From the NCBI GenBank assembly GCA_964632375.1, contig CAZWBO010000002.1, forward strand, positions 1 through 46,313: 46,313 nt of DNA, in the 5' to 3' direction. The notes below the pieces were generated by a model. That model saw only the letters and a program-made list of their open reading frames with translations, did not search any database and had not been told where the DNA came from. The DNA comes from an uncultured Candidatus Peribacteria bacterium (lineage in GTDB: Bacteria > Patescibacteriota > Gracilibacteria > Peribacterales > Peribacteraceae). Position numbers and translations under genes: made by a program. Shown one piece after another: positions 40,478 through 46,313 of this stretch. Positions within the stretch are counted from its first letter, which is position 1; every line of letters starts with the position of its first letter.

Positions 40478-41614
40478 ATGGACCCCACCTCCCTCCTTTC
40501 CGGTTACGATCAGAAGAATCTTACCGTCGGCGTGCTCGGCGGGCACAGCGCGCTGGATGTCTCGCGCGGGGCGAAGCAGCACGGGTTTCGTACGCTCACG
40601 GTGGCGCGGAAGGGAAGAGAGAAGACGTATACCGAGCACTACAAGACGCGCGGCGAGCGCGGGTGCATCGACGAGACGATCGTGGTCGACGATTTTCACG
40701 ACATCCTGCGGCCCGAGCATCAGGCATCACTGCGCAGCAAGAACACGCTCTTCGTGCACAACCGGTACTTCTGGGTGTACTTCGACGATTTCTCGAAGGT
40801 AGAGACGGGGTTTCAGGTTCCCATCTTCGGCTCGCGCACGCTGCTCAAGCTCGAGGAGCGCGATCAGCCGTACAATCAGTATCACCTCTTGCAGGATGCC
40901 GGCATCCGCACGCCGCAGGTCTTCAGCGATCCCGACCAGATCAACGGACGGCTGTGCATCGTGAAGGCGGCGGAGGCGGCGCGCAGTTACGAGCGCGCGT
41001 TCTTCCTCGTCACCAACAAAACAGAATGGCTCACCGAGGGATCGCGTCTCGAGATCGCGGGCAGGATCGCCAAAGGCTGGGAGAACGCGCTCATCGAGGA
41101 GTTCATCGTGGGGGCGCACGTGAATTTCAACTTCTTCTACTCGCCGCTCACGGGTGAGCTGGAGCTGCTGGGCACCGACATGCGGCGGCAGACGAACCTC
41201 GACGGCTTCCTACGCATGCCGGCGGATCAGCAGATGAAGGTGCTGCAGTACATCGACGTGAAGATGATCGAGACCGGCCACGTGGCGGTGACGGTGAAGG
41301 AATCGATTCTGGAAAAGGCGTACGAGATGGGCTGGAAGTTCGTGCGCGCCACGCAGAAATTGCCGAAGTCGCTGGATCCGACGGGCAAGGGGATCATCGG
41401 GCCGTTCGCGCTGCAGGGCGCGGTGGTGGCGGAGGAAGGGAAAGAAGACATCGTCATCTTCGACGTCAGTTTCCGCATCCCCGGCTCGCCGGGCTTGGCG
41501 GCCACGCCGTACATGCACTACCTGTACGGCAAACCCATGAGCGTGGGCGAGCGCGTGGGCATGGAAATACGGAACGCGGTGGAGAGCAATTGCCTCGAAA
41601 AAATTATTACGTGA
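40478..41614 (+). CDS. PurP-family ATP-grasp paralog
   Basis: 378 aa sharing the family blocks GGHSALDVSRGAKQHG, ARKGREK, IVVDDF and FYSPLTGELELLGTDMRRQTN with the upstream gene, but otherwise divergent. Confidence 0.75.
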   Translation: MDPTSLLSGYDQKNLTVGVLGGHSALDVSRGAKQHGFRTLTVARKGREKTYTEHYKTRGERGCIDETIVVDDFHDILRPEHQASLRSKNTLFVHNRYFWVYFDDFSKVETGFQVPIFGSRTLLKLEERDQPYNQYHLLQDAGIRTPQVFSDPDQINGRLCIVKAAEAARSYERAFFLVTNKTEWLTEGSRLEIAGRIAKGWENALIEEFIVGAHVNFNFFYSPLTGELELLGTDMRRQTNLDGFLRMPADQQMKVLQYIDVKMIETGHVAVTVKESILEKAYEMGWKFVRATQKLPKSLDPTGKGIIGPFALQGAVVAEEGKEDIVIFDVSFRIPGSPGLAATPYMHYLYGKPMSVGERVGMEIRNAVESNCLEKIIT

Positions 41615-41617
41615 TCT

Positions 41618-41645
41618 CCACCTGCCCCGTCTGTGGGGCAGGTGG
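41618..41645. terminator. perfect 11-bp hairpin between the convergent purP paralog and STAS gene
   Basis: CCACCTGCCCC-gtctgt-GGGGCAGGTGG, with no T-run. Confidence 0.55.
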
Positions 41646-41654
41646 GTAGCGGTT

Positions 41655-42005
41655 TCATGACGAGGAGACCTGATCGATGGCCTCCTTTTCGGTTGGGGTG
41701 ATCGAGAACAGCCGGTCGAGGTTTGACGTGTGAAAGACCGACTGTACGACGGCGGACATCTCGCAGAGCCGCAGCTTGCCGTGCGAGTCGTCGACGCGTC
41801 GCAGAAGCAGAATGAGCTTGGTGAGGGCGCTGGAGGAAATAATCCTCACGACACTCAAGTTCACCACGAGCTTGAGCTCGCCCTCTGGGAGTTGGGCAAG
41901 GAGCTCTTCGTACGCTTCTCGCACAGTTCTCTCATCGAAAAACTGGCGATAAGTGTACTTGAATACGATGGCCCCTTCCGGGGCCACGACCTTCGTCCAG
42001 TACAT
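41655..42005 (-). CDS. STAS-domain protein (anti-sigma-factor antagonist-like)
   Basis: The ATG at 42005 gives 116 aa. The SpoIIAA-like pattern is LKLVVNLSVVRIISSSALTKLILL...KLRLCEMSAVVQSVFHTSNLDRLF. No partner kinase or anti-sigma gene is in the window. Confidence 0.7.
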   Translation of the reverse strand: MYWTKVVAPEGAIVFKYTYRQFFDERTVREAYEELLAQLPEGELKLVVNLSVVRIISSSALTKLILLLRRVDDSHGKLRLCEMSAVVQSVFHTSNLDRLFSITPTEKEAIDQVSSS

Positions 42006-42087
42006 GGACTTTCTCCCTGCTGAAAGAACGGCCAGTTGAAACCACTGATATAACAGTAAATCAATGGCGATCGTTGTCAACTTTTCT

Positions 42088-42456
42088 TCACCTAGTCGAA
42101 TTCTTCACCGTACTCGCCAGTGTGCAGGTGGTGCCGCCATCTTCGCTCGTGTCGTTGCAGCCCAGATCATCCTGGCACTGCGTGGCCAATCCGTTGGTGT
42201 AGAGGATGTACATCTGCTGCTTGTCGTTGCACTGCTTGAGACATTCGTTCGGCCCGACTGGGTAGCCATCGTACGCGTAGTCGACTTTGATGGGCGCGCC
42301 CTTGCAGGGGATGCCGCTGGCGGTGTAGGCAGGGCGGCTGGGTTCGCTGGGGGCAGATGCCACGCCGCGGCCGCTGGTGAGCGATTCCAGCGCGACGATG
42401 AGCAGGATCGCGGTGAGGAAGACGTAGGGAATGCGGGTGTCTTGGAGGGTGGCCAT
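42088..42456 (-). CDS. small Cys-rich exported/membrane-anchored hypothetical protein
   Basis: The ATG at 42456 gives MATLQDTRIPYVFLTAILLIVALESL (signal or anchor), followed by a ~90-aa domain with 6 Cys. Confidence 0.45.
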   Translation of the reverse strand: MATLQDTRIPYVFLTAILLIVALESLTSGRGVASAPSEPSRPAYTASGIPCKGAPIKVDYAYDGYPVGPNECLKQCNDKQQMYILYTNGLATQCQDDLGCNDTSEDGGTTCTLASTVKNSTR

Positions 42457-42621
42457 GTCTCGATGATAGCCGTATCGAGCGAGTGTGAAAAAGGTGATTT
42501 GATGGGCGGCATCGTGCATGGTGCCGGTTTACTCTCTTGCGCCAGCGGGAGCCTTCGCCATTCTCCGTCGCGAGACCGGCGTGATTTGCCGCTGGCGCTG
42601 TGCTACGGTCATGCGCGCTCT

Positions 42622-43734
42622 ATGCGCATCCTCTTCACGCGTTTCCCGCTGGAATCCGCCATGGGCGGCGCCGAAATCCAGACACTGAGCCTGATGGAAG
42701 GATTGCGAACGCGCGGCCACGATGTGGCATTTTTGGGGAGTTGCCCCGTGCTGTTGGCCGAATGTCGCAAGAGGAATTTCACTGCGACGGAGCTGCAGAT
42801 CGGCCCGCCGCCGGTGACGGCGTGGCATGCCACTACTTTTCTCTGGCGGCAACGATCGATGAAAAATAAATTACTCACGGCGCTTACCGCTCGCCGCTCG
42901 CCGCTGAGTGCTCTTTGCATGCTCAGCTTGAGTGAGAAGCTCCTTGTAACTGAGTATCTGCATCGCCAGAAGAAGACCGTGCTGTGGATCGAGCACGACC
43001 GCGTGGGGAACTGGCTGCGCAGAAACCCCTGGCTGCCTCGGCTCCGCCGATTGAGCCGATGGGCGACGACGGTGACGGTGTCGGAGATGAGTAGGCGTCT
43101 CTATCGGGAGTTGCGATGGGAAGACAAAAGCACGGTGGCGATTCCGAATGGTATTGATCTGACGAGATTTCAGAAGGCAGAAGGGAGAAGGCAGAAGTCG
43201 GCAGTAGTGCTGAGTATTGGTTGTGTAGCGCGATTAACGCGTGATAAAGGCGTAGATGTGCTGATCAAAGCACTGCGCGATGTGCCGAAAATACAGTTGA
43301 CGATTGTGGGCCAGGGACGCGAGGAGGCTGTGTTGCAAGCGCTGATTGCCTCGCACGGGCTGGGCGATCGCGTTCGGATCCTCCCTGCCATGGACGATCT
43401 CGGTGCATTCTACCGTTCGCTCGATCTGCTCGTGCTGCCCGCGCGCGACCATGATCCCTTCGGCCTCGTGGCGGCGGAGGCGATGAGCGTGGGCGTGCCG
43501 GTGATCGTGACAGACCAGTGCGGCATCGCGAGTTACTTGCACGACGGCATCGACGCGCTCGTTGTCGAGGCCGGATCGCCCGACAAGCTGGCCCAAGCGA
43601 TCAAGCAGCTCGCTGATCCCCGGCGGCGTGAACGCATGGGAGCAGCGGGCCACCGTACCGCGCACGAGCAGTTTTCGCTGGCAGCGATGATTGATCGATA
43701 CGAGAAACTTATGCAAAGCGGTTACCAACGATGA
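42622..43734 (+). CDS. glycosyltransferase family 4
   Basis: The ATG at 42622 gives MRILFTRFPLESAMGGAEIQ.... The GT4 C-terminal domain has LTRDKGVDVLIKAL and FGLVAAEAMSVGVPVIVTD. It contains an in-frame GGCAGAA-type repeat at 43171-43209. Confidence 0.85.
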   Translation: MRILFTRFPLESAMGGAEIQTLSLMEGLRTRGHDVAFLGSCPVLLAECRKRNFTATELQIGPPPVTAWHATTFLWRQRSMKNKLLTALTARRSPLSALCMLSLSEKLLVTEYLHRQKKTVLWIEHDRVGNWLRRNPWLPRLRRLSRWATTVTVSEMSRRLYRELRWEDKSTVAIPNGIDLTRFQKAEGRRQKSAVVLSIGCVARLTRDKGVDVLIKALRDVPKIQLTIVGQGREEAVLQALIASHGLGDRVRILPAMDDLGAFYRSLDLLVLPARDHDPFGLVAAEAMSVGVPVIVTDQCGIASYLHDGIDALVVEAGSPDKLAQAIKQLADPRRRERMGAAGHRTAHEQFSLAAMIDRYEKLMQSGYQR

Positions 43735-46271
43735 GGCGGTTCGTATATTCTTTCGCCATGCGCACCACTGCTTTCGCCGTAGCCTTCACCTTGCTCTCGT
43801 CGTTCCTGCCGCCCGACACCCATGCCGCCGCCGTGCCGGTGAAGGATTTCGCTTTCAAAGATCCCATCGATGCCGTGAGCGTCGAGCTGCCATCGACGAC
43901 GACGCGCGGCACGCTGCAGGCGTACGCCCATGGCGCGTGGACAGACGCCGAGGTGATCGAACCGGATAACGAACAAGATCCGCGCTTGCGCGAGAGCAAC
44001 TTGATAATCTTCCCCACGGGCGTGACGGCGGTCCGCGTCAGCGGCATTGCGGGCCCGGTGACGCTGCATCCCATCCGCGTGCCGCGCATTCCGGTGCAGT
44101 ACGACGTGGTGGCGCGCGGGCGCGTGGAGGCGCCGTTCATCCTCTCGCGCAGCGAGTGGGGCGCGGACGAATCGCTGCGCTTGCGACATACGGCGGCATC
44201 GTCGAGCAGCTCTTCTCCGTCTCGCTCCAGTTCGAGCGCACCGCCACCCGCCACCGATAACGCCAACGATGCGGTGAGCGGCCGCGAACAAGATTGCCTC
44301 GATGCACAGCGCCACTACCCCGGCGATTTCCACACGAGCGGGAAGAAGATCGCGACGAATGCCGACGGTGCGGCATTGTTGTGGCCGCAGGAGTACTCGC
44401 CGTCCATCAAGCTCATCGCCGTGCACCACACGGCCGGCAAGGTCTCGGGCGACATGCGTTCCGGCGCCGAACGCATGCGCGCCATCTACCAGTACCACGC
44501 CGTCAGCCGCGGCTGGGGCGACATCGGGTACCACTACATGATCGACGACCAAGGACAAGTGTACGAAGGGCGCGCGGGCGGCGACTACGTCATCGCCGGG
44601 CATGCGTACTGCAACAACACGCGCACCGTCGGCATCGCGCTGATGGGGAACTTCGAAGTGGAGGAACCGACGCAGGCGCAAATGAAGAGCCTGCAGAAGC
44701 TCATCGCGTACTTGGGCAACAAGTACGACATCGATTTGAACGGTACGACGGTCTTCCACGGCAAGACGCTGCCGACTATCGTCGGACACCGCGATCTGCT
44801 CAGCACCACCTGTCCCGGCTACTACGCGTACGGCGTACTCGACCAGGTGCGCCGCAATGCGGCCAGCGGGAACGTCGATGCCTCCGTGCGCTTCCCGCCG
44901 CCCCGCTCCAGCGCGTCGTCTTCGTCATCACGGCCGCGCACGGCATCCGCGCCACCGCGCACGAGCGAGTTCCTCACGCCCCTCGGGTCGACCGAACTCG
45001 GCGGGCGTCCGGGCGGCGAGCTCACGTTTACCGTGCGGATCCAAGCGGGCAGCAAGCCGCTCGCCCAACGCTCGAGCATCGGCCCGCTTCTCAAATCCCA
45101 TCCCGCCATGGCCGTGTGGGAGGAGGGCGACACGCACATGCGCCTGCGCGACAAAGTCCTCGTGCCGTCGTTCATCCGCGCCGGCGAGTTCAAAACCGTC
45201 CGCTTCCGCGTGAAACTGCCGCCGCAGGACGGCACGTACACGCTCACGCTTGCGGGGATGACGTACCGCCTGACAGCCGGCGGCCGCCGCACGCGCGAAC
45301 CCACGAGCATCAACACGAACCGTCCCATCTCGCGCGCCACACCGGTGATCATGACCGACACGTCGGATGTCCTGGTGAGCCGATCGTCATCGAGCGCCGG
45401 CTCGAGCCGCTCCTCGCGCCCCGCGAACACGGCTGCGCGCACGCCGGCCAGTAATCCGCTCATCCGCATCCGCCTCGGCTACCAGACCGACACGCAGAAC
45501 GCATCGATTACGGTGCCCGACGGCACTACTGTCAACGGTGCGGCGGTATCGGGCGACGTATTCGTGCGCGCCAACGGCGACGCATGCGAGTTGTGGCTAG
45601 GCGGCAAACTGCAAGCGAGCGGCATCATCCGCATCGATCCCGGCACCGGTATTGCAACCGTCGCGAGCTGGGATCGCGCCATGAACAAATTCCGCGGCAT
45701 CCTCGAATGCCGCATCCTCGACAAGCAACTGGTGCTCATCAACGAACTCCCGCTGGAGGACTACATGGCGGGCCTGGGCGAGGAGCCGGACACCGAGCCG
45801 TACGAGAAACAGCGCGCCTTCGCGGTGGCCGCGCGTACGTACGCGGCATGGTACCTGTCGCCAGACAACCGCAAATTCCCCGGCATGCCGTACGACGGCT
45901 CCGATGCGCCGTCGCAGTTCCAGAAGTACAGCGGCTACGCATTCGAGACGGCTCACGTCGATTGGGTGAAGGCTGTGAAGAACACGGCAGGACTGGTGCT
46001 GAAGTACAATGGCAGTCATTGCCAAATGGCGGGCCGCGCAGGCAGCGACGACGGCCGCACGCGCAGCCCGGCAGAGGCGGGGCTCGGCGCAAACTTCCCG
46101 TTCGCCGCAATTTTCCAGAGCAAGCCCGACCCCTGGTGCGCAGGCATGAAACTCGCCGGCCACGGCGTAGGCATGTCCGGCTGCGGCGCGGAAGGCCAGG
46201 CGAATGAGGGAAAAACTGCGGAAGAGATTTTGCAGTACTACTATCCGGGGACAGTGTTGAAGGACAATTGA
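43731..46271 (+). CDS. secreted N-acetylmuramoyl-L-alanine amidase (amidase_2/PGRP) fused to a SpoIID/LytB-like domain
   Basis: 846 aa with a signal peptide. The amidase_2 block is VHHTAG...GWGDIGYHYMIDDQGQVYEGR...GHAYCNNTRTVGIALMGNF...VGHRDLLSTTCPG. Ser-rich linkers follow. The C-terminal SpoIID-like block is LPLEDYMAGLGEEP...AFAVAARTYA...GHGVGMSGCGA...ILQYYYPGT. The start ATG overlaps the GT4 stop (ATGA). Confidence 0.85.
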   Translation: MRRFVYSFAMRTTAFAVAFTLLSSFLPPDTHAAAVPVKDFAFKDPIDAVSVELPSTTTRGTLQAYAHGAWTDAEVIEPDNEQDPRLRESNLIIFPTGVTAVRVSGIAGPVTLHPIRVPRIPVQYDVVARGRVEAPFILSRSEWGADESLRLRHTAASSSSSSPSRSSSSAPPPATDNANDAVSGREQDCLDAQRHYPGDFHTSGKKIATNADGAALLWPQEYSPSIKLIAVHHTAGKVSGDMRSGAERMRAIYQYHAVSRGWGDIGYHYMIDDQGQVYEGRAGGDYVIAGHAYCNNTRTVGIALMGNFEVEEPTQAQMKSLQKLIAYLGNKYDIDLNGTTVFHGKTLPTIVGHRDLLSTTCPGYYAYGVLDQVRRNAASGNVDASVRFPPPRSSASSSSSRPRTASAPPRTSEFLTPLGSTELGGRPGGELTFTVRIQAGSKPLAQRSSIGPLLKSHPAMAVWEEGDTHMRLRDKVLVPSFIRAGEFKTVRFRVKLPPQDGTYTLTLAGMTYRLTAGGRRTREPTSINTNRPISRATPVIMTDTSDVLVSRSSSSAGSSRSSRPANTAARTPASNPLIRIRLGYQTDTQNASITVPDGTTVNGAAVSGDVFVRANGDACELWLGGKLQASGIIRIDPGTGIATVASWDRAMNKFRGILECRILDKQLVLINELPLEDYMAGLGEEPDTEPYEKQRAFAVAARTYAAWYLSPDNRKFPGMPYDGSDAPSQFQKYSGYAFETAHVDWVKAVKNTAGLVLKYNGSHCQMAGRAGSDDGRTRSPAEAGLGANFPFAAIFQSKPDPWCAGMKLAGHGVGMSGCGAEGQANEGKTAEEILQYYYPGTVLKDN

Positions 46272-46273
46272 TC

Positions 46274-46305
46274 GAGTGAGTAGTGCGTAGTGGGTAGTGG
46301 GTAGC
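46274..46305. repeat. heptamer array (TAGTGxG) at the window end
   Basis: GAGTGAG TAGTGCG TAGTGGG TAGTGGG TAGC, directly 3' of the amidase gene. It may be truncated by the window edge. Confidence 0.7.
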
Positions 46306-46313
46306 TTCAGCCC

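Noticed and set aside
42064-42621. 186-aa N-terminal extension of the GT4 ORF given by the ORF track (42064-43734).
   Set aside because: The extension is Ala/Gly/Arg-rich. It lies antisense to the Cys-rich exported-protein ORF and precedes the canonical GT4 N-terminus MRILFTRF at 42622.
43722-45469. Several 200-390-aa ORFs in other frames or strands within the amidase-SpoIID gene (43722-44789 minus, 44294-45454 plus, 44822-45469 minus).
   Set aside because: They overlap a frame that carries unmistakable amidase_2 and SpoIID motifs. They are Arg/Pro-rich and have no motifs.

Overview
This is a 46.3-kb, GC-rich, gene-dense bacterial chromosomal segment, read by eye from the sequence and the ORF track. 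I support about 38 protein genes and one tRNA (tRNA-Cys, minus strand). I found no rRNA, CRISPR array, cas gene, transposase or integrase. Most of the content is housekeeping: pcrA/uvrD helicase, an rmuC-like nuclease, rpsO, pnp, a 2-TM K+ channel, valS, lexA-dinB, an LCP-family enzyme, rplJ-rplL, dtd, relA/spoT, tig, secF, a PfkB kinase and queF-yhhQ. It also holds two tandem archaeal-type PurP ATP-grasp genes, a STAS protein, a GT4 glycosyltransferase, an amidase_2-SpoIID fusion and several secreted or membrane hypotheticals. Start codons mostly lack a Shine-Dalgarno motif. The gene repertoire would fit an uncultivated, possibly CPR/Patescibacteria-like lineage, but that is inference only. 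The strongest unexplained signal is non-coding. About 20 intergenic spacers are filled with families of degenerate 7-8-nt tandem-repeat arrays. These arrays are often arranged as inverted pairs or as 110-165-nt elements bounded by terminal inverted repeats, and copies reach into ORF ends and into one ORF interior. Other leads: (1) a GC-rich palindromic element splits dinB into two frames, with a second copy at the window start; (2) a roughly 600-nt ORF-free, strongly strand-asymmetric region at 30.7-31.3 kb may be a large ncRNA; (3) a four-helix-bundle (23S rRNA IVS protein/Avd-like) gene sits as a cassette flanked by inverted repeats between tig and secF; (4) tandem PurP paralogs lie next to the queuosine-precursor genes; (5) there are three low-GC orphan islands. 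All identities and percentages quoted are eye estimates. No database search was possible.
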